A stretch of 64,000 bases of DNA from a virus (taxonomy: Duplodnaviria; Heunggongvirae; Uroviricota; Caudoviricetes): IMG/VR virus record IMGVR_UViG_3300001798_000005. One strand, 5' to 3'. Numbering within the stretch: the stretch's first letter is position 1; the number at the start of each line of letters is the position of its first letter. Positions 8,541 through 17,935 of the stretch are shown here, piece by piece. The translations under genes were made by a program, and so were the position numbers. Under the pieces are notes generated by a model. It saw only the letters and a list, made by a program, of their open reading frames with translations, searched no databases and was not told the origin of the DNA.

Positions 8541-9078
8541 TCTCGAAACCCTCAGCGCCCAAACCGATGCCGCGATCGTCTCCATTGGGGCGGTGAAGTT
8601 TAGCCCCAATGGAGCAGACGATGAGGCCACCATGCGGGACCAGGATCGGTGTCTGGACATCAGGATCGATCTTGACTCAGCCATGGCGCATGGCCACGTC
8701 AGCGGATCCACGCTCCAGTGGTGGTTTAAACAGGACGCCATGGCGATTCACAAAACCTTTTCAGATCCCAATAACAAACCCATGAGTCTTCGAGACGCCA
8801 TGGATGCCTTCTATGACTTCAGCCAGGGCTGTGTCTACCTGTGGGGCAATGGGGCGAATTTTGACAATCCCATTATCCGCAATGCTTGGAGTAAGGTCTC
8901 CCAGGCGGATTTTCCGATTGCGTATAACAAGGATCTGTGTTACCGGACCGTGAAGGAGCTGGTGCCGGTAGGCAAGATGCCGATGATCCCTAAATGTGGC
9001 ACGGCCCACAATGCACTTGACGATGCCATCTATCAAGCCCGGCACCTTCAGGCCATGTATGGGGTGATGGAGTGGTGA
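8521..9078 (+). CDS. DEDDh 3'-5' exoribonuclease (Rv2179c/DUF5051-like)
   Basis: MLDLETL; WGNGANFDNPI; HNALDDAIYQA. Confidence 0.88.
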   Translation: MKHIMLDLETLSAQTDAAIVSIGAVKFSPNGADDEATMRDQDRCLDIRIDLDSAMAHGHVSGSTLQWWFKQDAMAIHKTFSDPNNKPMSLRDAMDAFYDFSQGCVYLWGNGANFDNPIIRNAWSKVSQADFPIAYNKDLCYRTVKELVPVGKMPMIPKCGTAHNALDDAIYQARHLQAMYGVMEW

Positions 9079-10859
9079 TCCTCCGCCCCTACCAACAGGC
9101 TGCCATCTCGGCCCTTTATAGCTATTTTGCCGCCCATGACGGCAATCCCTTGATCGTTATGCCGACAGCTTCCGGGAAGTCCCCCACGATGGGGATGTTC
9201 ATCAAGGAGGTCATTCAGTCTTACGATAATCAAAAGATCCTCATGGTCACACATGTTCAAGAACTCATTGAGCAGAATGCGGCGGAGCTTCAAGGGATCT
9301 GGCCCCAGGTCCCCCTGGGGATCTATAGCGCTGGTCTGAATCGGCGGGATACCATATTCCCCATCACGATGGCGGGCATTCAGTCGGTTTACCGGCATGC
9401 TGAAAAATTTGGATTTGTCCACTTGATGCTCATCGATGAGGCTCACCTGCTCAGCAATGAAGATTCATCCATGTATCGAATTTTCATTACTGAATTAAAA
9501 AAATACAATCCAAACCTGAAGGTCATTGGCTTCACCGCCACCCCGTATCGGACCAAGGGCGGCCCCCTGACGGCTGGCGAGAAGGCGTTATTTACAGATG
9601 TCGCGTATGAGGTGGAGATCTCTGATCTGATCCGACAGGGCTATATCTGCCCCCTGGTGAGTAAATCATCAGCCGTTCAGGCTGATTTATCCAATGTCCA
9701 TAAAAGAGGCGGTGAATTCATCGCCAAAGAAGTCGAAGAGGCCTTTAATGTCTTGGACCTCACGGAAAGAGCCCTGGATGTGGTGCTTGACCTCGGACGG
9801 GGCCGCCGGGCTGGCTTGGTGTTCTGCTCTGGTGTCGCCCACGCTCAGGACGTGGCCGAACGGATTCGCCAACGCGGGAAGACCTGTGAGACTGTCACGA
9901 GCGACACCCCGAAGGAAGAGCGAGCCAGAATACTTGAAGACTTCAAGGCGGGGAAATTAGACTTTGTAACCAATGTCGGCGTACTCACCACCGGGTTCAA
10001 CGCTCCGAATTGCGATCTTCTGGTCCTCCTGAGGGCCACCAACTCTCCAGGACTTTTCTGTCAAATGCTCGGAAGAGGCTTCCGCCCCAACGGCAACGGC
10101 ATGGCGGAGTCAATCCAGAACGGCAAGACTGATTGTCTGGTGTTGGACTTTGGCGGGAACCTTATGCGCTTCGGGCCGGTCAATATGCTGGACCCGAAGG
10201 AACCCCGAGTCATCCCCGGGAAAGAATGCCCTGAGTGTGGTGAGGTTTGTGCCGGCTTGGCACTGTACTGTCGGGCCTGCATGTACCGCTGGGGGGAGAT
10301 GCCGACTAAGACATGCCACAAGTGCGGTCAAGAGTGCCATGCTGCAGCCCGGATGTGCAAAAACGAGACAGAAGCCGGGATCTGCAATACTGAATTTCCA
10401 AAGTCAACCATGCATGATGTCTATGCCGCCGATGGGACCATTGTGGCAATGCTCCCCAGTGAGGCCGGGGAAGACTATCCGGTGAGTCACCTGGAGGTGA
10501 TCGAGCATCGAAAATCCAATACCGCCACCCCGTCCCTGAAGGTGACCTATTATTCCGGGACCGACATGCAAAAATTCTCCGAATGGGTCTGTTTTGAGCA
10601 TCAGGGATTCCCGCGCCGCAAGGCAGCCCAGTGGTGGGCCGCCAGGACTGAACTCGGTTCCCCGACTCCCCAGAGTGTTGCGGAAGCCCTGGGGAGAATG
10701 GAGGAATGCTTCCATCCTCAAGTGATCCGGGTCAAGCGGGAAGGTAAATATTTCCGCATCGATCAGGCTCGGGACTTTATTGACCGCCCTTTTGATGTCC
10801 TGATCAAACGGCTCGATCCCCCCGAGGGGCGTCCCTACGCGGACCAGGTTCCATTCTGA
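9072..10859 (+). CDS. SF2 helicase (RadD/YejH-like) with Zn ribbons
   Basis: LRPYQ; PTASGKS; IDEAH; TATPYR; QMLGRGFR; C-terminal CxxC pairs. Confidence 0.92.
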   Translation: MVILRPYQQAAISALYSYFAAHDGNPLIVMPTASGKSPTMGMFIKEVIQSYDNQKILMVTHVQELIEQNAAELQGIWPQVPLGIYSAGLNRRDTIFPITMAGIQSVYRHAEKFGFVHLMLIDEAHLLSNEDSSMYRIFITELKKYNPNLKVIGFTATPYRTKGGPLTAGEKALFTDVAYEVEISDLIRQGYICPLVSKSSAVQADLSNVHKRGGEFIAKEVEEAFNVLDLTERALDVVLDLGRGRRAGLVFCSGVAHAQDVAERIRQRGKTCETVTSDTPKEERARILEDFKAGKLDFVTNVGVLTTGFNAPNCDLLVLLRATNSPGLFCQMLGRGFRPNGNGMAESIQNGKTDCLVLDFGGNLMRFGPVNMLDPKEPRVIPGKECPECGEVCAGLALYCRACMYRWGEMPTKTCHKCGQECHAAARMCKNETEAGICNTEFPKSTMHDVYAADGTIVAMLPSEAGEDYPVSHLEVIEHRKSNTATPSLKVTYYSGTDMQKFSEWVCFEHQGFPRRKAAQWWAARTELGSPTPQSVAEALGRMEECFHPQVIRVKREGKYFRIDQARDFIDRPFDVLIKRLDPPEGRPYADQVPF

Positions 10860-10865
10860 AAAAGG

Positions 10866-11327
10866 GATGAGACTTACGTTGGAGGACGTCGCCGGGGAAA
10901 GCGCGGAAGGGGAGCGGAAGGTAAAACCCCGGTAATCGGCATTGTGGAACGTGGTGGGGAAGTCAAAGCCATTGTGTCCACCGATACTAAAGCCGCAACT
11001 ATACTACCGTTTATCTGCGAAAACGTAGAGCCCGGTTCTCAGATGATGACGGACGAGTACGCATCCTATAGCAGGATCTCATTGAACGGTTTCACTCACC
11101 AGCGCGTGAACCACGGTGTTGGTGAGTACGTGGCGGGCATCGTCCACACAAACACAATCGAAGGATTCTGGAGCCAGTTAAAGCGCTCCATAAACGGGAC
11201 TTATCACTCGGTTAGTCCGCGTTATCTTCAGTCGTATGTGAATGAGTTTGCGTATCGTTATAATCGTCGCCACGTCCAGGAGCATCCTTTTCACGCTTTG
11301 ACTTCAACGGCTGCGCGGCTCGTGTAA
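10866..11327 (+). pseudogene. IS1595-family (ISXO2-like) DDE transposase, N-terminally truncated
   Basis: In-frame DETYVGG...GKTPVIGIVERGG; TDE; VNH; HTNTIEGFWSQLKR; YLQSYVNEF.YRYN; begins 6 bp after the helicase stop with no start codon or Zn/HTH region. Confidence 0.88.
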
Positions 11328-11360
11328 GGATACGATCAAACTCTTCTTCAGTGATCGACA

Positions 11361-12134
11361 TCACACCTCCAACTTATTTATTTGAGTTGCTTCTAAAATG
11401 CTAATGATTTTTTCGCCCAAAGGGGAATTGCGATAGACAGGAGTTGCATAAATCTTTACGGGTAAATTATTCCTAACTTCCTCCTCAAGAAAAGCATTGT
11501 CTTGAATCGCGCACTTATATGACTTAGAAGCACCGTCCAATTCTACAAAAAATCGGCAAGTCCTCTTTTCCCAATCAATACTCCGAAGCTCTCCGGTCAA
11601 TTCTTGAGGTTCTCCGCGCTCTGTTTGAGGCTCTGGAGTCGATATAGGCTCAGCCTCAATAAGTTTAGGCTTAACCTCTTCACTTGAAATTGAATATATA
11701 GGTTCTGGGTTTTCATCTTCAAAGGCTTCAGCGCTCTTTATAAAACCGGCAAGAAATGGGGCGGCAAGTCTATCAGTCACACGTTTAGGCAGACGACTTT
11801 TACGTGTCGTTGTGGTAGTTGTAGTTTCCGTCTGTTCAAATGTATCCATTCCGTTCAGCCGATCATTCACTTCTGTTGCCATTTTTGTCAGGTAACTTTG
11901 AGTTAATGGAAGTACCGTTTGCAAACCTTGAACTAAAAAATCGAATTCCCACGAACCGTGGTAGACATCAATGAGTCGCAATTCAGGAATTGAACCATTT
12001 TTCTGCTCTTCCCTTATAATTATCCCTAGTGTTTCTTGATGCGCCATAAAGAAGTCGCGCAACATATCTATAGAGATGCCATCATTTCCCTCGGGCTCAA
12101 GACGTATCTTTAGTTTGACAGATTCCACACTCAT
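11361..12134 (-). CDS. IS passenger protein of unknown function
   Basis: 257-aa intact ORF, visibly AT-richer than phage genes; TTGACA and TG-N-TACCAT upstream within the IS end. Confidence 0.75.
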   Translation of the reverse strand: MSVESVKLKIRLEPEGNDGISIDMLRDFFMAHQETLGIIIREEQKNGSIPELRLIDVYHGSWEFDFLVQGLQTVLPLTQSYLTKMATEVNDRLNGMDTFEQTETTTTTTTRKSRLPKRVTDRLAAPFLAGFIKSAEAFEDENPEPIYSISSEEVKPKLIEAEPISTPEPQTERGEPQELTGELRSIDWEKRTCRFFVELDGASKSYKCAIQDNAFLEEEVRNNLPVKIYATPVYRNSPLGEKIISILEATQINKLEV

Positions 12135-12531
12135 TTTCCATGACCTGACTCAGTTACTACGAGCGTCATGGTATCACAAACACATACCTGTCAAGAGGGG
12201 ATAGTTACCAATGATCTAGTTAATAAAATCTGCTCCTGAGCCACATCAGGACCTCCCAGAGGGCGATCAGGCAAAGGCCAAAGCCCGCCATCCGCATTCC
12301 CAACAGGGCACCCTCAGGCAATTTTGTAATCCTGAATTGAGCCATTCACCAAGGCCCAATGATCGCCCTGATAGGCCTGGACGGCGTCCATCTGGGCGGC
12401 TTGGATCTGATGATTGATTTCCCGCTTGAGTTCGGGATTAAGTTTGAATTTTCTTTCAATGTTTGCCATATAGTTTTGAAACACTTCTCGATCCTCCTGT
12501 TAATTACATAATATCAGATCGATGTAGGGTG

Positions 12532-13140
12532 TCAATACTTTTTGCCATGCTTATGGGGCCGCCGGGCATTGTATTCAAGCTTTCTGCCGATTGTCTTCCC
12601 GATTGTGCGCTGGTCTGAGTCAGCATGCCCGGTTGAGGCCAGGCAGTCCAAAAGGCGAATAAAGACATCAGCTCCCTCGACCTCCCAGCCCTTGCGGTCC
12701 GGTAGGTGGGAATCCATCAAGTCCTTTCGATCCGCTTCCAGCATTTCAGAAAGCTCACTATGGATCAGGGCAATCATACGAGCACGTCGCATGGGTTCAA
12801 TGATGGGGTGGAGGCTTTCAACAAGCGCGTCCAGATAGGGGACTATGTTGATCGTGGGATCTGTAGCCTCAACCGCAATGGCCCACTTGTTAATAATGGA
12901 ATTAATTTCTCCCCAAGTGTCAAAGCCCTTTGCCTTATTGGCGGCCTGGATCTCAATAGCCCATTGGTCAATGCCTTCAAAGACCTCATAGGCCTCCAGG
13001 GGATCAGTCAGGGAGGCCTCTACACCGGGAGCATTTTTCGGGAAATGCATTACTACTGGCATATCGGCCAGCTTTGAAGCAAAGAAATCACTCATGGCCT
13101 TGTTGGCCTCTGGTGATTTGTCACAAAAGAGATCCATCAC
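12532..13140 (-). CDS. MazG-like nucleotide pyrophosphohydrolase
   Basis: IALIHSELSEMLEADRK...EGADVFIRLLD; C-terminal YNARRPHKHGKKY. Confidence 0.8.
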   Translation of the reverse strand: MMDLFCDKSPEANKAMSDFFASKLADMPVVMHFPKNAPGVEASLTDPLEAYEVFEGIDQWAIEIQAANKAKGFDTWGEINSIINKWAIAVEATDPTINIVPYLDALVESLHPIIEPMRRARMIALIHSELSEMLEADRKDLMDSHLPDRKGWEVEGADVFIRLLDCLASTGHADSDQRTIGKTIGRKLEYNARRPHKHGKKY

Positions 13141-13288
13141 TTTCCTCCATTTTTACGCTGTCATGTTTTTCCCGAATTAATTCCCTCAGCAGGGCCGAGT
13201 ATCGAATCTGCAATTTTTGCTCAAGCCATTCAAGCATTTGGACGGTTTCCCGATCGAGGGAATAGGTTTTGCGAATATGCTTAATCAT
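13121..13288 (-). CDS. Small ribbon-helix-helix DNA-binding protein (not in ORF track)
   Basis: Manual translation MIKHIRKTYSLDRETVQMLEWLEQKLQIRYSALLRELIRE...; 55 aa. Confidence 0.6.
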   Translation of the reverse strand: MIKHIRKTYSLDRETVQMLEWLEQKLQIRYSALLRELIREKHDSVKMEESDGSLL

Positions 13289-13562
13289 CGTCTTCCCTTG
13301 GGCAAAATTGCTCTTGAACGTCTCTGGGGTTAATGTCTGTTGGCCAATTCATGATTTGGCCAGTGTCGATATTGATATCAAAGATCAGGTAATCGCCAAA
13401 ATGCTCCCCTGGGAAGAAGCTCGGCACATATTCATCATCGATGGACCCAATCAGCTCCCCCTGGGCGTCAAAGAGACTCCCGGAAAAACGATCTGAAATC
13501 TTGATGTGCATTTTGAGGATCTTTGCGTCCACTTTTATTTTTTTGTATTGTTCAATTTCCAT
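13281..13562 (-). CDS. Hypothetical phage protein
   Basis: 93-aa ORF coupled to its neighbours. Confidence 0.65.
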   Translation of the reverse strand: MEIEQYKKIKVDAKILKMHIKISDRFSGSLFDAQGELIGSIDDEYVPSFFPGEHFGDYLIFDINIDTGQIMNWPTDINPRDVQEQFCPREDDD

Positions 13563-13676
13563 CAGCGTCCCAGCTCTTTCAATGTGTTTTCAACTTGGTT
13601 GATCATCCCGGCCTTGGCACAATACAGAGCGGCTTCTTGTCCGATCTGAAGGGTGGCCCGAGTGGTGAAGAGAGCA

Positions 13677-14423
13677 TTAGAGACCAATAAGACCAGCAGG
13701 ACTGATGAAATTATTTTCCATTTCTTGATTTGCTTCTCCAGGGCGGTGAAAGTGGCTTCCATTAGGTTTCTCCTTTTCTGCAAAGTCACTACATTTCAGT
13801 TTTGTGATAATCCGATTGCCTGATCGGGTCTTGAGTTCAACAACTGGGCGGGCCACGACGCCTTCAGCCCGGAAGGCCCCTCCATGGGTCCAGGTGGAAT
13901 TGAATCCAACTTTGACAAATTCAACCATTTCCAGCAGATTCCCTCGACCAACGATCGGAACGACCGAAAGGCCAAAAGTAGATGCTACATTTTCCAGATC
14001 AGGTCTTTTGAGCCACCAATTGCCAACTTTGACGTCAAAGAGTACAAAGTCTTGATCGGGGCGATACAGTGCCCCAACTTTTTGGATCTTAGCCCCATAG
14101 CCCTCTCCGTAGAGGACTGCGCCATTTGGAAAATCCTCATTGAGCTTTGCACTCTGATGGAAAAAGAGTTCTTCCAACCTGTTGATCAGGCTTGCTGGAA
14201 TTTGAGCGTTAGCGGTCCGTCCCCCGAAGGATATCCTACCCCCATTGGCGATAGGGTCGACGATGATCCGAATATTGGTCCCATCGACTTTCTCGGTCCA
14301 GACCCAATCCATCAGCGCCAAATATTCAAAATATTCATTACTGTACTGCCCTTCCAGAAGGGCTTTTGATTTATTTTCAATATCCCGCTTGAAGACCGTG
14401 TTGATTTTGTGGTATTCAGACAT
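13677..14423 (-). CDS. RNA ligase (Rnl2-like nucleotidyltransferase domain)
   Basis: EKVDGTN motif I; LYGEGYG; FVLFDV; EGVV; ITKLK. Confidence 0.85.
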   Translation of the reverse strand: MSEYHKINTVFKRDIENKSKALLEGQYSNEYFEYLALMDWVWTEKVDGTNIRIIVDPIANGGRISFGGRTANAQIPASLINRLEELFFHQSAKLNEDFPNGAVLYGEGYGAKIQKVGALYRPDQDFVLFDVKVGNWWLKRPDLENVASTFGLSVVPIVGRGNLLEMVEFVKVGFNSTWTHGGAFRAEGVVARPVVELKTRSGNRIITKLKCSDFAEKEKPNGSHFHRPGEANQEMENNFISPAGLIGL

Positions 14424-15066
14424 GGATTAACTCCTTTCCTGAACAGTTCCAACCGGGATATTCCCGCCGGGCAAATAATTCATATTTCTTTTCAACACCA
14501 GGATACATGGCCTCAATGAGGGGATGGATGTCGGGCTTGCGGGAATGTTCCATGATTTTCTCCCGAATGATCGAGGGGGTCATCCGCTTGCCCCCAAAGG
14601 CCGCAGGCGTGACGCCTTGCCCCCGCGTGGCGATTATGCATATTTCGGCATTGGAAGCAGTATAGTGGCCAGGGCCATATTTAAGCTTTCCAGACCCTTT
14701 CTGTTCCTTTGTCCACACAAAGCCAATGGTCGAGTATTCAAATCCCCACCCCTGGAGGACCGTCAGGGCATCATTGGGGCGGGTCCAGGTCTGAGTGGGC
14801 TTCCAGGAGGGTCGGCGACGCTGGCCATCGTACATCATCGGAAATGTCATCCACATGAACAGGATTGACCTCGGTCCCGCCAGGGCGGGGACGTCATACG
14901 TGATCGCAGGGTTGATGATGTCCTGGGCCTTGAGGCATTCATAATGCCCGTCTGCCCCAGAGCCGAACCGGGTCCGGCCTCCACCGGTTAGGCGGTTGGC
15001 GTATTTCCAATTCGGATCGGCCAAGAGGAGGGTCGCCTCAGGGAGCGGTTTTGTGATTTTAATCAT
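14416..15066 (-). CDS. MT-A70 family adenine methyltransferase
   Basis: LADPNW (DPPW-like); LFMW; WGFEY...FVWTK; EHSRKP; ELFAR. Confidence 0.88.
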   Translation of the reverse strand: MIKITKPLPEATLLLADPNWKYANRLTGGGRTRFGSGADGHYECLKAQDIINPAITYDVPALAGPRSILFMWMTFPMMYDGQRRRPSWKPTQTWTRPNDALTVLQGWGFEYSTIGFVWTKEQKGSGKLKYGPGHYTASNAEICIIATRGQGVTPAAFGGKRMTPSIIREKIMEHSRKPDIHPLIEAMYPGVEKKYELFARREYPGWNCSGKELIHV

Positions 15067-15271
15067 TGTCTATCCTGTAATGGATTCGATTATGGCGCTT
15101 GAGTTTAATGCTTACAAAATAAATCGGACGACTCACTCCCCTGGAGACAATTCAAGCATGCGTATCCCCTTTTATATTTAGGATTGCTGAAGCCTCCCAA
15201 GATTCCGAAAGCACAGACAAAGGAAGAAATTGCCAATATTGTAATCGCGAAAATAGCAGGGCATTCATTTA

Positions 15272-16036
15272 TCATTTCTTCAACCCCATAATGATCGAGC
15301 TATTGCCCGCCACGGTCTCGGGGAGCTTGCCGTCCCATTTCTCGACCCACTTAAGCTCAACCAACTTGGGGGAGTTCGCCAGAGCTTGACTTTGTAGCCG
15401 AATGGACTCGGCCTCGGCCTGAGCCTTGGCAACGGTGATTTCAGCCTGTTTCTTTTCCCGGTCAAGCTCGTACTGCTTCTTTTTAGCGGAAATCTCCATC
15501 TCCTGCTTCTCAATGACAGCTTTCTGGAGCGCCTCCGGCAGCTCAACGTGAGTGATCGGAATATCGATGATCTCGATCTGCCCCTTGATGGATTCTCTCA
15601 CCATGGCCAGAACCTGTGCCTTGATGGCATTCACGCCACCCGTGACGGCCTCGGCCTTGTATTGAGATACGATTTGGCGGAAACTTTCCTGCACCTGCGG
15701 GGCAACGAGGACCTGATAGGGGTCGCCTTGAACGTTTTGAAAAAGGTTAAGGAGTTGCCCCTCTGGGAGCCGGTACTGCACCCGGAACGAGATCGCCAGC
15801 GGTTGTTGATCAGACGTCAGTGGATTGGCCGAACCCTCAACGGCGACCTGTTTGGTCGTGAAGGTGTGGATGCGTTCCGTGAAGGGGTTATACCCGAACA
15901 GGCCAGGGCTGAGGAGATCCTTCTTTACTGCGCCAAGCTCGACTTTGATCCCGCGCTCGCCGGGGTCAATGGTCGCGCAACCAGTCAGCCCCAAGGCCAT
16001 CAGGGCCGTGAGGGGGAAGATTAAACTATTTTTCAT
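15272..16036 (-). CDS. SPFH/band-7/prohibitin-domain lipoprotein
   Basis: Signal peptide with lipobox LTGC; IDPGERGIKV; LTSDQQ; coiled coil; WVEKWDGKLP. Confidence 0.88.
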   Translation of the reverse strand: MKNSLIFPLTALMALGLTGCATIDPGERGIKVELGAVKKDLLSPGLFGYNPFTERIHTFTTKQVAVEGSANPLTSDQQPLAISFRVQYRLPEGQLLNLFQNVQGDPYQVLVAPQVQESFRQIVSQYKAEAVTGGVNAIKAQVLAMVRESIKGQIEIIDIPITHVELPEALQKAVIEKQEMEISAKKKQYELDREKKQAEITVAKAQAEAESIRLQSQALANSPKLVELKWVEKWDGKLPETVAGNSSIIMGLKK

Positions 16037-16191
16037 TTGTGTCCTTTCCGAGTAATTTATCAATGAGTCCCTGAAGGCGCCCCATGCCCTGTAAGATCAC
16101 TGCCAGGGTGACGCCCACGAGCAGGACGGCCAGAAATTCAAATGCAATCATTTTCATAATGCCTCCACCTTACGTAAATTTTATCCCGATG

Positions 16192-16545
16192 TCAAGATTT
16201 CCTTTTCCTTTCTGAGTTCTCTTTTGCAGTCTTGGCCTTGTGGCAATCTAGGCAGAGTGTCTGCATGTTCTCCAGCCCCTTTGATCCTTGATCGATCAGC
16301 GGGATGATGTGATCAAGTTGCCATCTCGGATCATAAGCCCCACAGGCTGCACAGGTCCCCCGGTCGCGCTTAAAGATGATCGTTCGAGCATGGCTGGGCC
16401 ATGCTTGAATTTTGTATTCCTCGACACAAATAGGGTGCCACCCGGCTCGACGATTGATGGTCCCATTCTTGTAAATAATCTTTCCACACCATTTACAATA
16501 CCCGGGTTTTACAGATTTCTTTTTGGGTTTTCGGTGATCAGGCAT
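16192..16545 (-). CDS. HNH endonuclease
   Basis: CAACG; DHIIPL; NMQTLCLDCH. Confidence 0.88.
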   Translation of the reverse strand: MPDHRKPKKKSVKPGYCKWCGKIIYKNGTINRRAGWHPICVEEYKIQAWPSHARTIIFKRDRGTCAACGAYDPRWQLDHIIPLIDQGSKGLENMQTLCLDCHKAKTAKENSERKRKS

Positions 16546-17122
16546 ACTCGACTAGTTCAACAGACTGCTCAAGATTAGAGATAAAGGCATAAATCGAATC
16601 CCAACTATCATGCCTGATGAAGTTATCATATTCGGCGTTATAGGGCTGAGTGAATAAAATGGGCCATCGGTCCTCAACGGGGCGATATTGATCCCAATGT
16701 TGTCGCCACTTCAAGAGGTTCTTACCATGGTCTTCAATCAAGATATCGACATCAATGAGTTCCTTCTTCCAGGTGAAGATACAGTTTTTCTCACTGATTC
16801 GAGGAATATGATTTTTTAACCACTGAAGCTTGCACTCCTGACCGGTCCGGCAGGCGGAGATGATGATAATCTCATGGCCGTCATCGATCAGTCGATTGAC
16901 ATTCTCAACGGCTCCCCTGATGGGCGCCAGATGGCGGAAAAAGCCAGGCTCACAAAAGTATTGAAATACATCCTCACGAGTCGCATTTTTACAATTTTTC
17001 TGAAAATCGTATTTCGTGATATCCTCCACTGACAGCGACTCCCCATGATAGCGATTCAGCTTTTCCACCACTGAGGCCGTAAGGTCACACAAGACCCCAT
17101 CCATGTCAATTCCTATTCTCAC
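16538..17122 (-). CDS. 5'(3')-deoxyribonucleotidase (HAD, NT5C family)
   Basis: IGIDMDGVL; KLQWLKNH; DILIED; QPYN. Confidence 0.88.
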   Translation of the reverse strand: MRIGIDMDGVLCDLTASVVEKLNRYHGESLSVEDITKYDFQKNCKNATREDVFQYFCEPGFFRHLAPIRGAVENVNRLIDDGHEIIIISACRTGQECKLQWLKNHIPRISEKNCIFTWKKELIDVDILIEDHGKNLLKWRQHWDQYRPVEDRWPILFTQPYNAEYDNFIRHDSWDSIYAFISNLEQSVELVEYA

Positions 17123-17208
17123 TGCTGTCTCCTTCTGTGATGATGTGTATTAATTTTTCCAAATAGGGATCACCGGCCCAAAAGCCGCTATAGAGTAATT
17201 CTTCAAAT

Positions 17209-17715
17209 TCAAACAGAGCTGGTGACCAATCCAATGACGATCTCCTTTATGTGTTCCAGGATGGCCTTCGGGGCTGGTCGGCGGGTCAGGATGATGTGAA
17301 TCCCTCTCTTACCCTCTGGCTGCCTGATAGGGCTGAGCCATGGCAGTGGTGCCTCAATCTGCTTATCGTTGACGATAATCCCGGCATCCTGCATGGCATC
17401 CTGGACGGCCTTGAGGTAATTATCGGCGTCTCCTCTCGGTGAAGAACAAAAGAACTCACAGATCATGAAATATCGGTTATCCTTCACGTAAGCGGTCTTG
17501 CCTTTCTCGTCATACCGGAAGGCATGTGTGGCTTCTAGCCAGAGATCTGAAAAGGCAGATTTGAACATTGTCGCCAACGTTTTTTTGTATTCAGTGTACT
17601 CTTTTCTGTTGTAGACATTTTTTACACCCGCTCGGGGCCGGGGCGTCGGCATCGGGTCAATGGGAAAATCGATAAACCATGCATCACGCCGCCTAGGGGT
17701 TTCGATGACCTCCAT
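17209..17715 (-). CDS. RusA-like Holliday junction resolvase
   Basis: PTPRPRA; GDADNYLKAVQDAMQDAGIIVNDKQI. Confidence 0.82.
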   Translation of the reverse strand: MEVIETPRRRDAWFIDFPIDPMPTPRPRAGVKNVYNRKEYTEYKKTLATMFKSAFSDLWLEATHAFRYDEKGKTAYVKDNRYFMICEFFCSSPRGDADNYLKAVQDAMQDAGIIVNDKQIEAPLPWLSPIRQPEGKRGIHIILTRRPAPKAILEHIKEIVIGLVTSSV

Positions 17716-17792
17716 CAGGCTCCGAGGAGCGCAGCGGCGCCAAAATAGGATATTCCGATGATGATCACCAACAGGAATAATTGTCTTAACAT
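17715..17792 (-). CDS. 25-aa hydrophobic peptide (not in ORF track)
   Basis: MLRQLFLLVIIIGISYFGAAALLGA; TGATG overlap with the RusA start. Confidence 0.45.
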   Translation of the reverse strand: MLRQLFLLVIIIGISYFGAAALLGA

Positions 17793-17821
17793 TTCTTCAT
17801 CTCTCCATCGCTGATTTATTC

Positions 17822-17882
17822 ATCATAAGATTAATCTTACATAAGGTCAAGGCTTGACATGAATTTTCAAATTCAATATCAT
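17822..17882. promoter_or_regulatory. Back-to-back sigma70-type promoters
   Basis: Minus TTGACC(17850-17845)-N17-TATGAT(17827-17822); plus TTGACA(17854-17859)-N17-TATCAT(17877-17882). Confidence 0.7.
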
Positions 17883-17913
17883 TAAGGCCCTTATAACTCT
17901 TACTTCTCTTCAG

Positions 17914-17934
17914 CCGCCCTTGGGCGGTTTTTTC
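17914..17934 (+). terminator. Intrinsic terminator (plus-strand U tract)
   Basis: CCGCCC-stem hairpin closing on GGGCGG, followed by T6. Confidence 0.7.
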
Positions 17935-17935
17935 T

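Larger units (their letters stand above)
10866..12209 (+). mobile_element. Truncated IS1595-family element with a passenger gene
   Basis: Transposase remnant, an oppositely oriented AT-richer cargo gene, and a terminal-like sequence ending GGGGATAGTTACC at 12209; left end missing. Confidence 0.75.

Noticed and set aside
12210-12218. Target-site duplication of the IS1595 element
   Set aside because: The left end is deleted, so no matching copy can be verified
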